Source: a virus (taxonomy: Duplodnaviria; Caudoviricetes). From it: DNA of 64,000 nt. The position numbers and the translations under genes are program-made. Under the pieces are notes generated by a model, which saw nothing but the letters and a program-made list of their open reading frames with translations, was not told where the DNA came from and did no database searches. Below are positions 36,009 to 46,820 of the stretch, one piece after another. Location of the stretch: the IMG/VR virus record IMGVR_UViG_3300031466_000001, positions 148,289-212,288 of that record. One strand, given 5' to 3'. Within the stretch, counting starts at the first letter, position 1, and every line of letters begins with the position of its first letter.

Positions 36009-36114
36009 TCTCTCTTAACTCTCCTCTCTTATTAATTATTCGGTAAAAATAATATATAAAAAACTCCAGTGGAGTTTATATCCACTGGAGTCTTGTTTAT
36101 TCTAATTTTGAAAA

Positions 36115-36681
36115 TTAAGAATCGAAAAGCGGCTTAAAGCATTGATATACCTTACAGTCATGCTGTGGTGTAGGGCAACCTGAACCAGGAGATGGTGTGG
36201 GGCAATCTGGTTCATAAGGGGTTGGGCAGCCGTCAACCGGTGTGATTGGTGTAGGACAACCACAGTCACCAGGGTCATCCGGTTCACAATCAGTATATCT
36301 TGTAATGATATCATGGCTGAAAATATCATTAATATGTAAACCTGTTCTAAATCTAAAATTCGGTGACTGGATGGGAGAATTCATAAGTGTATATATCCTT
36401 AGGGTTTCAACACTAATGTCAGCCATGAAACCGTCATATTTACCTTTGGAAAGAATATCTGCCTCAGTATACCAAGCCACGGTACATCCTGCAAGATTAT
36501 TTAAATGAAATGCTCGTTCACGTGTTGCAAAAATAGGAATACCAGTTTGCCTTGCAACTTCTACAAACGCCATATCTCTACTCATATGGTTAACATCTTT
36601 ATCAATCAAAATAAGTTTTCCGCTATCAAGATTATCTATAATTATCATTTTAATAGAATTCTTACTTGGTTGGATTAACAT
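36115..36681 (-). CDS. hypothetical protein with a Cys/Pro-rich CPTP-repeat tail
   Basis: Four CPTP units; GGAAGGA RBS; directly downstream of the RNAP subunit. Confidence 0.65.
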   Translation of the reverse strand: MLIQPSKNSIKMIIIDNLDSGKLILIDKDVNHMSRDMAFVEVARQTGIPIFATRERAFHLNNLAGCTVAWYTEADILSKGKYDGFMADISVETLRIYTLMNSPIQSPNFRFRTGLHINDIFSHDIITRYTDCEPDDPGDCGCPTPITPVDGCPTPYEPDCPTPSPGSGCPTPQHDCKVYQCFKPLFDS

Positions 36682-36699
36682 TCCTCATCCTTCCCTTCC

Positions 36700-37920
36700 T
36701 CAAAGAATCAACGTTTCAGGTTTAACTTCGGTAATTTTAGCCGTACTATTATGGAATTTTTTCATTGAAAGATTGAGCAAGGATGATGAAACCCGTGCTG
36801 CTGTAAGGCCGATATTGTCAATTTTAAGTTTATCATACATTGCCCCTGCACATACCCGACAAAGCTTTTTGCTTACGCAATACAACGGGGAACGCATTTT
36901 GACAATTTGTCCAACGAATTTATTCATGTTGGATTCATCAAGGAGGACAAGTTTACCATTCTGAATAATATAACGATACAAGAAATCATTAATATTTTTA
37001 TCTGTAAGAAGAACGGTCATATATCCTTTACTACCACAATCGCTACCTGGTTTATCAAGTACAACAGCCTGTAGAGCAGCAATGATTTGCTTACTGAAAT
37101 AACCCGAGACAGCAGTTCCGATAGCTTTAGGATATGCACCTGTAATAATCGCATTCGCATAAACTGGAAGATCTTCTTTCTTAATACCTTCCATAAGATT
37201 AGTTTCAACAATATCAAATTCACCAGTGGAAGGATTAAATACTGGTCCCTTCATAACACTGATATTTTTAAAGTTGTTATCAAAGGAACCGCGAGCACCA
37301 GATTTATACAAATCAAGACCATGGTCCCCTTCCAACTCTTTAGCTGCAACATCTAGAAGTTCTTTTTCGATTTTAACAGCAGTAATAACATCACCCTTTT
37401 TGAGTTTATCTTTATTTTCCTTAATAAGTTCATCCCGTCTTTTGATAACTTTGGGATGTGGTTTCAGTGTACCCATAGTGAAAGAGCCACTAATTACAGA
37501 GTGAAATTGCATTCCGAGCCATTGGGTTCGATTGAGATAATCGACCATTGAAGGGACGTCAATTTCATCGTTCAAGAGAGCTTTAGCAAGCTTATCTTCG
37601 ATTTTATTCACCGCGGCAGAATTAAGTGGAGTGTTAATATATCCAAGAACTTTTTGGAATTTTTCCTCCACGATAAGTTTATTATAAATAAACAAACCTG
37701 CGTTTGTTGTAACCTTAGTTGTATTAAAATATTCTCCGGGATTGAGGTCAAATTCATCGCTGGTTTTCATACGGGGAGGAATAATCTTAAATTTTCCATT
37801 TTCAACAACTGATCTTGATGCAAATAGTGAAAGAAGTAGAGAAAATGTTATATCTTCTCTTTTTAAAGAGAGTAAATATTCTTTATCTTTTTGGGATAAT
37901 TTTCTACCCATCCTAATCAC
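36700..37920 (-). CDS. phage multisubunit RNA polymerase beta-prime C-terminal subunit (probably virion RNAP)
   Basis: SGARGS, bridge-helix-like TAVSGYFSKQ, DCGS, MRSPLYC...CRVCAG zinc site, IGL...LSMKKFH trigger-loop region; late motif at 37938-37949. Confidence 0.88.
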   Translation of the reverse strand: MIRMGRKLSQKDKEYLLSLKREDITFSLLLSLFASRSVVENGKFKIIPPRMKTSDEFDLNPGEYFNTTKVTTNAGLFIYNKLIVEEKFQKVLGYINTPLNSAAVNKIEDKLAKALLNDEIDVPSMVDYLNRTQWLGMQFHSVISGSFTMGTLKPHPKVIKRRDELIKENKDKLKKGDVITAVKIEKELLDVAAKELEGDHGLDLYKSGARGSFDNNFKNISVMKGPVFNPSTGEFDIVETNLMEGIKKEDLPVYANAIITGAYPKAIGTAVSGYFSKQIIAALQAVVLDKPGSDCGSKGYMTVLLTDKNINDFLYRYIIQNGKLVLLDESNMNKFVGQIVKMRSPLYCVSKKLCRVCAGAMYDKLKIDNIGLTAARVSSSLLNLSMKKFHNSTAKITEVKPETLIL

Positions 37921-37993
37921 CTCTAGCCGTTATTAATTATAAATCTGTTGTTATAACCAAAAAAAAGAAGACCCCCTTGCGATTATCTATATA

Positions 37994-38464
37994 TTAATGA
38001 AAAACTTTATTTAGGCTTCTGAAGAAAGCCCTATCTATTCTCTTCTCCGGAAGAATATCGTTTGTCGAAACGATGACACGCCTAAGGTTGAATATACTAC
38101 CTGCAATTTTTATTCTGTCTATCATAGTTTGCATAGGCAAACCAACAAAAATTTCCGTCCATACAAGTTCTTTCTCTTTAAAAAATACATATCCAGCTTT
38201 TGTTTTTATAGAACTGTCTTCGAATTTAGCGTGGGAAACAAGAACGGCTGCGGGCTCCACCTTAAGATACCATTCGACAAAATTGATGAGGAACAGCGAA
38301 TCAGACTTATGATGATACAAAAACTGTAGATCACAAAGCAGATTTGAACAAGAGTTGACTGCGATGTTCGTATTTGTGTAAAGCGTCTTTTTAGCTCGTC
38401 CTCCACAAAACGCACAAGAATTAACAGCTTTACCGTAATTGCTTATTGTTTGTAATACTGCCAT
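37994..38464 (-). CDS. Zn-finger hypothetical protein (paralog of 38492..39025)
   Basis: CAFCGGRA...CSNLLCDL. Confidence 0.65.
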   Translation of the reverse strand: MAVLQTISNYGKAVNSCAFCGGRAKKTLYTNTNIAVNSCSNLLCDLQFLYHHKSDSLFLINFVEWYLKVEPAAVLVSHAKFEDSSIKTKAGYVFFKEKELVWTEIFVGLPMQTMIDRIKIAGSIFNLRRVIVSTNDILPEKRIDRAFFRSLNKVFH

Positions 38465-38491
38465 TTTTTATTCACTCCTTATATTTTTTTA

Positions 38492-39025
38492 TTAATAGAT
38501 CAATCGTTCAATTACTTCCCTCGGTATATATGACATGAGAACTCTGTCGAGTATAATGATTTTTCGCCCTTTTATATCAAATTCCTTGAATAAGCGTTTA
38601 GTTAGTTCATCGATCGTTGTGTCCACAAGAATCGTTGTCCATATGTAACCTCCTTTATCGGAAGGGACAATGAACCCTGCTTTAGTTAACTCTTTAATTC
38701 CACTTTGCTTATATCGCATTTTTCCAATCAAAATACCAGCAGGTTGCACTCCGAGTTCTTTCTCCAAAATGCCTATGATCCTACTATTCGGGTGGCTAAT
38801 ATAATTATGAAGTAGCTCGCATTTGATACTATCACAAATACTTTTTTCACATTTAACCACAGAAATATCACCGCAAAAATATGTGGCTTGCTTACCGCAT
38901 ATAACACATTTAAACCTAGAGTGGTATTTGCAAACTATATTTCCTTTAAGAGCGTCATTAAAACAAACTGAGCCTTGTGAATCAACAAATATACATTTTT
39001 GCTCCAAAAAAACACACCTCGCCAA
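38492..39025 (-). CDS. Cys-rich Zn-finger hypothetical protein
   Basis: CVICGKQA...CDSIKCEL plus an extra N-terminal Cys cluster. Confidence 0.65.
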   Translation of the reverse strand: MARCVFLEQKCIFVDSQGSVCFNDALKGNIVCKYHSRFKCVICGKQATYFCGDISVVKCEKSICDSIKCELLHNYISHPNSRIIGILEKELGVQPAGILIGKMRYKQSGIKELTKAGFIVPSDKGGYIWTTILVDTTIDELTKRLFKEFDIKGRKIIILDRVLMSYIPREVIERLIY

Positions 39026-39254
39026 AAACCGGTATTATTTCTTTCAATTGAACTTGGACATATGACACAAATAATAAATAAAATTTTATTAATTAACCCT
39101 TTATTTATTAACTCTGTCATATATCCAAGCATTATAATTATTTGAATTATCCATATTTATTATACCTCTCTATTTTATAATTTTTAATTATAAATACTTT
39201 ATTCGTTATAATGATAAAATAAAGGCGGGTGTTAAAAAGGTTTCACCTCCTTAA

Positions 39255-39614
39255 TTAAATAACGAACGAAAACATTTTCGGACTTAAAACCGAAAAGTCA
39301 AAATACCTTTGACTGAGATTTGAGCGTTTGATGAAATTTACACACCCGCCTTTAATCTTTTTTACAGCCTTACGGATTTTGTCTTCGAGAGTAATTCCCA
39401 AGAGACGTTCAAAGAAATTTGGTGCTTCGACGATTACTTTATATCGTTCGGTGCAAATGTCGGCTCCAGGAAGTTCCCGGTACAAAGAAGCAAAGACTAC
39501 TACTCCACCTTCAAGTTCTTCAAACTCTTGAATATTGAACCGTGCATAAAATTCCTCATTAATGATAACATGGCCTGCATCTTCATTGACACACCGCATT
39601 ATCGCGTTATACAC
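39255..39614 (-). CDS. hypothetical protein
   Basis: GAGGTG RBS, GTG start. Confidence 0.65.
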   Translation of the reverse strand: MYNAIMRCVNEDAGHVIINEEFYARFNIQEFEELEGGVVVFASLYRELPGADICTERYKVIVEAPNFFERLLGITLEDKIRKAVKKIKGGCVNFIKRSNLSQRYFDFSVLSPKMFSFVI

Positions 39615-39626
39615 ATTATCACCTCT

Positions 39627-40241
39627 TTATTCTGTTTTCTTAGATTTATAGTGCTTCTCGATCAATAAGGCCGTTTCGATGAAATCCTTATTGATTGTTA
39701 AGATAACCTCCTTGTTATTGGTTATATTGAAATTCTTGACAAGAATATCCAAATCGAGTTTAGCTGCCTTATCGATCAATTCGCTGGTTTCGTCAATGTA
39801 ATCTCCATTAAACAGCTCAGGATTGACCTTGACAACGAACCTAGTTTCCAGAACTCCGCTTTCATTCCGAATGATGAATTGAATTTTTACGGGATCTTCA
39901 AATTCCCCTTTATCGATGATCTTGACTTTAGGTTTGCTCAGAAGTTTCTTTATTTTGTTATACAAAATTCGCACATCCTTGGTAGTGCGAATGAGAGGCT
40001 GAACGAAAAGCGGAGTTATGATATACATTCCAGATTGTGATAATTCTTTCTTGTAAACGAAGTTACCGGACAGGCTTTTCCTTGTTACAGTAACTTTGGA
40101 ATTTCCTCGTTCGCGGGAGAAGATGAGGATTCCATTAACGGCATTATACTCCTTATCGAAGTATAACCTTTCATTTTTGCCGTTGGTGCGGTTGAAGATG
40201 GAACCGCTTTTGGTGAGAAAAATAAACATATTATTTTTCAT
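39627..40241 (-). CDS. hypothetical protein
   Basis: 204 aa; early motif at 40335. Confidence 0.65.
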   Translation of the reverse strand: MKNNMFIFLTKSGSIFNRTNGKNERLYFDKEYNAVNGILIFSRERGNSKVTVTRKSLSGNFVYKKELSQSGMYIITPLFVQPLIRTTKDVRILYNKIKKLLSKPKVKIIDKGEFEDPVKIQFIIRNESGVLETRFVVKVNPELFNGDYIDETSELIDKAAKLDLDILVKNFNITNNKEVILTINKDFIETALLIEKHYKSKKTE

Positions 40242-40429
40242 AAACTTTTGAATCCCCTAAGCCTTGGTAAAAGGAGATTCTTATGTCCACTCCCCTCTTT
40301 ATAATTATTAATTTTTTTTGATTGATTCACGATTATAATATATAATTTTCGCTGCTAAAATTACTAAAAAACATAAAAAAATGGCATAGATGGTGAGTTT
40401 TCAATCACCATCTATGCCATTATTTACCA

Positions 40430-41341
40430 TTAGGAAGTATAAATACGGTATACGATCGTCAGATCTTTGTTGGCGGTAAGCATTTCGTTGTTGATATTGA
40501 TCTTCGAGAACATTTTTACTTGCTTATAGTCCTCACTACCATCAGCAAGTTCACCTTTTACACCTGTAAACAGGCCGATGGAGTTAATCCGCGCTTTTTC
40601 GATTTCGCCAATATTTTCAAAATATTCGCGACAATCGAGTTTCGAGATCTTCAAAATCATTTCTACGAATGTTTCGATCGGGTCTGTGCGAGAGGTGTTA
40701 TGAACATCCGGTTCAACTTCGGTTCCATCCTCGTCACCTTCGCCATCAGCCCAGAGGACTTTAATTACCGGATCTGTTTCAAACCTCTTCAGGAAGTAAG
40801 AGATTTTACCGTCACCTTCAGTGCGACGGAACCAATACTTGTCAACATCCGCAGCATCCAACGGTTGATCCGTTTGACGGAACGGAATCATGTCGTCGAT
40901 TTCACGATCAACAAAACGTACATCGTGCACTGAAGTAATCGTATCGCCAGCGCCACCAATACCAACACCGAAGAGGCATACACCATTTCCTTTGGGATAT
41001 GTTTCAGTAATCGGCGGACCGTCGGTAGCAATACCCATGATATCGTTGAGATACGCTACAGTAAGCGGAGAAATAACGTTGAATACTTTCTCCAGAACGA
41101 AGAGAGCTCCGCCAAGGACGATCATGTTTTGATCATCGAACCGTTTCTCTTCGAACAAAACTTCACCCAGTTCATTCTGTCCAAGATAGCCATAACCGCC
41201 GATAACACGCGTCTTAAAAACAGATTTTCCGCTTCTGGCAATTTGATTTCCGATAACCTTATCATAGGAGTTAAGGGTATCATTAAGCGTTAAAATTTTC
41301 GGTTTACTCATTCGTACATTCCACCCTTTCGATATTTTCAT
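40430..41341 (-). CDS. virion structural protein (baseplate/tail-associated); likely start 41311
   Basis: NMIVLGG, FGVGIGGAG, IPFR, INSIGLF, MFSKIN...YRIY pattern of baseplate/tail-collar-like proteins; late motif at 41342-41353. Confidence 0.6.
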   Translation of the reverse strand: MKISKGWNVRMSKPKILTLNDTLNSYDKVIGNQIARSGKSVFKTRVIGGYGYLGQNELGEVLFEEKRFDDQNMIVLGGALFVLEKVFNVISPLTVAYLNDIMGIATDGPPITETYPKGNGVCLFGVGIGGAGDTITSVHDVRFVDREIDDMIPFRQTDQPLDAADVDKYWFRRTEGDGKISYFLKRFETDPVIKVLWADGEGDEDGTEVEPDVHNTSRTDPIETFVEMILKISKLDCREYFENIGEIEKARINSIGLFTGVKGELADGSEDYKQVKMFSKININNEMLTANKDLTIVYRIYTS

Positions 41342-41354
41342 TATTAATATGTTT

Positions 41355-44285
41355 TTAGATTTCTCTTTGTATTATGATTTTGTCGCGCATATTTAACTGT
41401 GTTTTGTTAATAATCTGTTTGTTTAATGAATGTATAATTGATTTGTATCTAAATGTAAAATCATCTATCAGCTTTTTATATGCGGTAATGGATTTAAGTT
41501 TATCGTGTGTATTGAATGATTTGTCTTTACTGGTGAATGTAGCACTGAAACCTTGTTTTTCATAAAAACTTAAAATATCTCTAAATTCATCGCTAGTAAT
41601 TATTTGATAAAGTTCATCTGCAATAACTTTGATTGATTCGTCTTTGAATAAAAAGTCCGATGTACTGCTCCTAAGTTTATCATAGATATTAAAGTCTTTA
41701 TCCTTCAATGTAAACGATTCGCTGAATTTATATTTATCGGCAACATCTAAATCTTCGCTAAATTTATTCTCTACACTTAAACTGTGTAAATCATCATTAA
41801 GTACTTTCAACGTCGAGTCTTTTAATGTGAACCCTACATTCATAGATTTAATTATATCAAAAAAAGTCATCGGGTCTTTGTGCAAAATAGTACAGAGAAA
41901 TTCTTGTCTTTCGTATGGGGATAAGATATCTTTTAAAAACATAGTGACAAATAATCCGATATTATCGTTCAATTTAAGAAGATTTTTAAATTGTGATCTA
42001 ACTTCTATATCATCTAAACCATCTTCCAACAATTGTTGGTCGGAGAGTTTAATATTAGAAGTCATATGAATAAAATCAAGTAATTCTAAGAAATCTTTTT
42101 CGCTCAATCCGGCACCAACCTTAACGCTATCTGCATATTTCATAATGAGACCTGTATCTGTTTGTGCAAAAGTTTTGGTCATCGATTTGATCTTACCGAT
42201 AACTCTAATCATATTGAAATATCTGCTATCAAGAAGATAAAGAATATTAAAGGATGTTAAGTCTGTGGTATAAGATTTAAAGAATCTTATCAATGTAACT
42301 GCTGCATTTAATAGCAAGCTATTAGATTCGTTGATAATATAGAGATATTTGAGGTCTGTTACCAATTGATTTAACCTGAAAAGAATATGCTCTACATATT
42401 CACCTATTAAATCAGTTTCAACTTCTTCTACAAATTGGGCCATCATATGATCTCTATCCCACAAATATTCGATAAAAGTCTCAGCAACTTCTCCGTCACT
42501 TTTTCTAAACAAGTTTTCCATATGTTGAGTTACCATCAAAGTATCATATAATTTACGATAAGCATGATACTCTTCTATTGTCTGAACTGAACTTAGTTTT
42601 TCGACAAGAAAATCGTTAAGATCTCGGATATTGGCATAGATTCTATTCACGTCTGCAGGAGTACTAATAGTTAGATTTTCCAAATATTTATTAATTTCAG
42701 AGTGGTCGAGATATTTATTGTTTCTGATTTCATTCCTAATAATACGAAAATCTAAGTTAAAATTAAAGCCCATAACTGTGAGGGTTTTGCTAGGAGTATG
42801 AATAATATTACCGGCCATATTTGTTTTCTTGGCTATGAGAGCACACAAAAGAACAGTTATATCGAAAAGATTTATATCCTTATCTTCGAACATTCGTGGG
42901 AGTTTAATAGTCACAGTATTTAATTCGTCTTTTTTATCGATGAGCATATTGAAAATATAAGATATTTCAAAAAGCATTTCCGTTAATTTGTACATGACAT
43001 TCATGCTTAAGTATTTGGATTCGATAAAGTTAAATTCGCTCTCGTAGATAGTTTTCTTAAGCTCATCGTCTTCGTCCCACCAATAAGGGTCTTCAATAAC
43101 AACCTGGGTGTAATCCAGGATATTAGTATTATCTGACAAAGCTAAGGCGAGATTCCTTTCTCGCAGTTCTACAGATTGGAAGAAGAGTTTATACATAGTT
43201 TCATAATCGGGAACAATTTTAACACCATCTTCGGTGACGATTTCTTTGGTTGCGAAAATAGGATTACCTTGGTCATCAAATCTATGCTCTTTAAACAAAA
43301 AGTATTTATAGATCTTTATGTTATCTAATCCAAGGAGTGAGCAGATATCATAAAGGACTTTATCTGTACCCTTATAACGCAAAAGAGTATTAAGGTTGCG
43401 AATGAGAATTCTCTGATAGTCAATGGGTAGATTTTGAATAAACGGAACTCTATACGCATCAAAAATCATTTTAATAGAAGCAAGGTCATAGAAATCGTAT
43501 TCAATACCATATTTGAAGGTGTTTGAAATAAGTCTTTGGATGGTCATAACCATTATCATCATTGCGATAAAATTATCATAGTACTCATACTGCTTACCAA
43601 AGTTTCTATTATAAATAACTGACATATAGTATTCCCGACATTGGTTATACGTGGTATTGAAATCCTCATTAAACGCATCAGGAATATCATTCGTCATACG
43701 CAGAATGGTGAAATTCTTGGCCGAACGAGCAAAAACGATACTTATCGCATTTTTACCCAAATAATTAAGATATTTCTTAGTTGGGTTGGCTTCAATGATT
43801 GGTTTTAAATACCCGTTAGATTCCAATAAGCTAATTTCTTCATTAGTATATTCATGAATTGGCGTATTAGGATTGAGGCCGAGTTCAATGCAGATATCTG
43901 TATCTACATAAATAAAATTGATATCTTCGATATCTGGCTTACCGTTGAGCATCCTATAATAATTATTCTTTTCGACATAAGAATCGACAATAATTTTTCT
44001 CTGCTCTTCAACAACTCGATCTCGCAAAGATCTAGGGATTAAGTATTTATCATTGACATATTTGATCGCCAAGTCTATATCAGACACACCGGCATTAATA
44101 ATAGCCTGAAGATCAAATCTCTGATATGTGTTAAAAGAATCCATTTTCTGGGCTGCGTAAAGATAAAGGTCGGATTCTCTTTTAGAATCAACTGTCTCAA
44201 ACTGTCTTGCCTTATTTTCATATTTAACCGTAATGCTATTGATAATCTTTCTAAGATCTCTAAATATGGAATCGATTAATTGCAT
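41355..44285 (-). CDS. large baseplate-wedge-like structural protein
   Basis: YVEKNNYYRMLNG and LLRYKGT..VL..I..LLG (baseplate wedge KGT motif); low-complexity repeated C-terminus. Confidence 0.6.
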   Translation of the reverse strand: MQLIDSIFRDLRKIINSITVKYENKARQFETVDSKRESDLYLYAAQKMDSFNTYQRFDLQAIINAGVSDIDLAIKYVNDKYLIPRSLRDRVVEEQRKIIVDSYVEKNNYYRMLNGKPDIEDINFIYVDTDICIELGLNPNTPIHEYTNEEISLLESNGYLKPIIEANPTKKYLNYLGKNAISIVFARSAKNFTILRMTNDIPDAFNEDFNTTYNQCREYYMSVIYNRNFGKQYEYYDNFIAMMIMVMTIQRLISNTFKYGIEYDFYDLASIKMIFDAYRVPFIQNLPIDYQRILIRNLNTLLRYKGTDKVLYDICSLLGLDNIKIYKYFLFKEHRFDDQGNPIFATKEIVTEDGVKIVPDYETMYKLFFQSVELRERNLALALSDNTNILDYTQVVIEDPYWWDEDDELKKTIYESEFNFIESKYLSMNVMYKLTEMLFEISYIFNMLIDKKDELNTVTIKLPRMFEDKDINLFDITVLLCALIAKKTNMAGNIIHTPSKTLTVMGFNFNLDFRIIRNEIRNNKYLDHSEINKYLENLTISTPADVNRIYANIRDLNDFLVEKLSSVQTIEEYHAYRKLYDTLMVTQHMENLFRKSDGEVAETFIEYLWDRDHMMAQFVEEVETDLIGEYVEHILFRLNQLVTDLKYLYIINESNSLLLNAAVTLIRFFKSYTTDLTSFNILYLLDSRYFNMIRVIGKIKSMTKTFAQTDTGLIMKYADSVKVGAGLSEKDFLELLDFIHMTSNIKLSDQQLLEDGLDDIEVRSQFKNLLKLNDNIGLFVTMFLKDILSPYERQEFLCTILHKDPMTFFDIIKSMNVGFTLKDSTLKVLNDDLHSLSVENKFSEDLDVADKYKFSESFTLKDKDFNIYDKLRSSTSDFLFKDESIKVIADELYQIITSDEFRDILSFYEKQGFSATFTSKDKSFNTHDKLKSITAYKKLIDDFTFRYKSIIHSLNKQIINKTQLNMRDKIIIQREI

Positions 44286-44372
44286 GAAATCATCTCCTTC
44301 CTAAATACTACTAAAACATTATATTAACCTAATGTAGAATAAATATTTTTACTGTAAGGGGGACGATGAAAC

Positions 44373-45014
44373 ATGTTTGACAATATCCCAAACATAAATT
44401 TTAAGAAAACAAGCAGAAATCCCACGATCGACTCAGCCGATAGTAACTACGAGCTCCCCTTCTATAAAGATATTGATTATTTTTCCAATATAGATAATTT
44501 TGTCAACTTTATTAATGCTACCAAGAGAATGGTCAGAAGATCTAAAGATTATGATATGTACAAAGCTTATATTATAAATGAAGTTGGCCTCGAAAGATGT
44601 CAGGTTCTTTCTAATGTTGAGGGTGATGACAACGTCGATATTGAAATGCATCATGGACCCATTCTTACACTTTTCGACGTGTTGCAAATAATGGCCGACC
44701 ATCTCCTGAATAACGGAGAAAAATTAACCACATTCGATCTCGCCGATCTGTGCTTGGAAGAGCACTTTAATAATAATATCCAGGTTGTTATGTTATCTAA
44801 AACTGTTCATGAGCAGGTACATGAAGGAAACATTTTCATCAACTTTAAACAAGGTTTTGGTGATATTAATACGTTTCTCCGTAAATATAAAGACGGAATA
44901 AGTAAAGAACACATCAATAAAATTCAAGCATATATTGATAAATCAAAACAATATGACAGTTTTGATAATGGCGTTCTCAAACTTTCCGGTTTTGTTAAAA
45001 ACTGGAATGAATAA
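44373..45014 (+). CDS. HNH-like conserved phage protein (paralog of 54614..55282)
   Basis: C...IEMHH..TLFD...LSKTVHEQVH.G.IFI; late motif at 44315-44326. Confidence 0.55.
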   Translation: MFDNIPNINFKKTSRNPTIDSADSNYELPFYKDIDYFSNIDNFVNFINATKRMVRRSKDYDMYKAYIINEVGLERCQVLSNVEGDDNVDIEMHHGPILTLFDVLQIMADHLLNNGEKLTTFDLADLCLEEHFNNNIQVVMLSKTVHEQVHEGNIFINFKQGFGDINTFLRKYKDGISKEHINKIQAYIDKSKQYDSFDNGVLKLSGFVKNWNE

Positions 45015-45026
45015 AAAAGAAAGGGT

Positions 45027-45416
45027 TTGGTGAGCACCCATATGGAAAGAATTTACATTCTCACAGCATTATTTATTTTATTTGCAATTTTAGGTTTATT
45101 TATTCTTCGTCCACAGAGACAAAAGGAAAGTCCTACCATGGAGTATGAGCTTCTGATGGCTATTCTCGAAACAACTATTCAGAGAGAAATTAAAGTGAAA
45201 ATGGATGATTACACCCTCCGGGGTGTTAAATTCCCCTCTGATTACATGGAAGAAGTGCGTGAAGTCTGTCAGCGTATTGTAAGAGGAATCAGTCCTTTTA
45301 TGTGGGAAGAACTTGAATTCTTTCACCCTAGAAAATACATTTTAGACAAGATAAATAAGGATGTACAACAATTCTTTATCACTTTCATTCGTGAGAATAA
45401 GCCTATAACAAGATAA
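45027..45416 (+). CDS. membrane-anchored hypothetical protein
   Basis: N-terminal TM segment IYILTALFILFAILGLFIL. Confidence 0.65.
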   Translation: MVSTHMERIYILTALFILFAILGLFILRPQRQKESPTMEYELLMAILETTIQREIKVKMDDYTLRGVKFPSDYMEEVREVCQRIVRGISPFMWEELEFFHPRKYILDKINKDVQQFFITFIRENKPITR

Positions 45417-45457
45417 AAAAAATAAATGCCTAACCATATGGTTAGGCATTTATCTTT

Positions 45458-45985
45458 TTAGTACGTAAGCATGAATGAATCCATGACGTCATTGAATTTT
45501 CGAGCAATGACGTGAATGTTAGACGGAATCATGACCTGATACGTTTCCATTTCCAGGTCACGATCAGTCAGACTGCGCACCGGTCTAGCCCGGATTCCAT
45601 ACTCCTTATGCAGGAAAGTGAAGATATAGGAGATCGTCTTTCTGTCGTCCCACCGGCGAGAATGGAAATTCGGTTTACAATTGAACCGATCTCCATATTC
45701 GTTTATGTGTTCCCAGTTTTGACGAACAGAAATGAAGAATTCGATGAACGTCTTGGCAAGAGCTGCATTGTTTTTGAAGAGCTCGTTCTCGATACCGATA
45801 AGTGAATATTGTGTATCAACTTCATTCATGGCCGGCTCTGTGTACATACCGACATCCTTAATTTCAACCCTGTTGTCGACCGCAAAATCGAAAATCTTGC
45901 GATCAATGTTACTCTCATACGCCCTACTGCCAACCACCGTAGGGTCTTTTGCGATGACGAGAAAGACTTTGGTTGCCATTTTCAA
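45458..45985 (-). CDS. hypothetical protein
   Basis: AAGGAG RBS, early motif at 46024, palindromic terminator at 45423-45452. Confidence 0.7.
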   Translation of the reverse strand: MKMATKVFLVIAKDPTVVGSRAYESNIDRKIFDFAVDNRVEIKDVGMYTEPAMNEVDTQYSLIGIENELFKNNAALAKTFIEFFISVRQNWEHINEYGDRFNCKPNFHSRRWDDRKTISYIFTFLHKEYGIRARPVRSLTDRDLEMETYQVMIPSNIHVIARKFNDVMDSFMLTY

Positions 45986-46047
45986 ATCGCTCCTTATTTA
46001 TTTTATAAATAATATTCGGTTTTATAATATATATTTCAATTTCCAAT

Positions 46048-46803
46048 CTATACCAAAATACTTATGAGTGGTATTAAATATCTATTGAAATTGTAATTAA
46101 TATTTATTTTATTAATGTCTCTTACATCCATTGCTCCAATACTTTCGTTGAAAAGACTCTCGTTAAGTCTAAAAAGAGACTGTCCATTCAGTTCCCGATA
46201 GAAGCCCAAATCGAGAGTCTTATTCTTATATTCTTCAATAAAACTCCTTAGAAGGGTAATAACTTTCTTTCTCGATGATATCTCATTCATTTTAAAGAAA
46301 TTGTGTAGAAAATCAAGCATGTATGGTTTATGGAGTTCCAATAATTCATCTTTTATTCCTTTAACATGAATGTCATGATTTTTATTATAATAAAATTCAT
46401 ATTTATTCAAATAATAATACGAAGTGTAAAAATTCTTCTCAACGAATTTAATGTTATCAAACTCTGTGTTACTACAACGTTTCAGGGAAATTACTGCGTC
46501 TTTCTTGATAGATAAAACATCGTCTGACTCTAAGCTATTACTTTCAAAAAACCAACGTCGCACTTCAACGAATTTCTCATTAAGAGCTTTACCAAATTCT
46601 TTATCGGCTTTAATATATAAACCTATCTGGATGGCTCTATGTTGTTTAGATAGGCGATCCAAATATTTTATTCTTTCCTCACTCAATAACTTAAAACGCT
46701 TCACAAGGTTAAATCCTGCTTCCTGTATATCATATTCGATTATTTCATTCGATATCAAATATGGAATATCTTTATTTAAATAATTATGTTTTTTATATAA
46801 CAT
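46048..46803 (-). CDS. putative divergent family-B DNA polymerase palm-domain subunit
   Basis: IIEYDIQEAG (motif A-like), SIKKDAV (motif C-like), VKGI; the small size implies a split or minimal polymerase. Confidence 0.45.
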   Translation of the reverse strand: MLYKKHNYLNKDIPYLISNEIIEYDIQEAGFNLVKRFKLLSEERIKYLDRLSKQHRAIQIGLYIKADKEFGKALNEKFVEVRRWFFESNSLESDDVLSIKKDAVISLKRCSNTEFDNIKFVEKNFYTSYYYLNKYEFYYNKNHDIHVKGIKDELLELHKPYMLDFLHNFFKMNEISSRKKVITLLRSFIEEYKNKTLDLGFYRELNGQSLFRLNESLFNESIGAMDVRDINKININYNFNRYLIPLISILV

Positions 46804-46820
46804 TGGGAATCCTCTCCCGC

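Noticed and set aside
27861-37920. Bacterial rpoC, or introns/inteins in the RNAP genes
   Set aside because: The subunits are short, split, highly divergent and in phage context; both ORFs are continuous with no intein or intron signatures.
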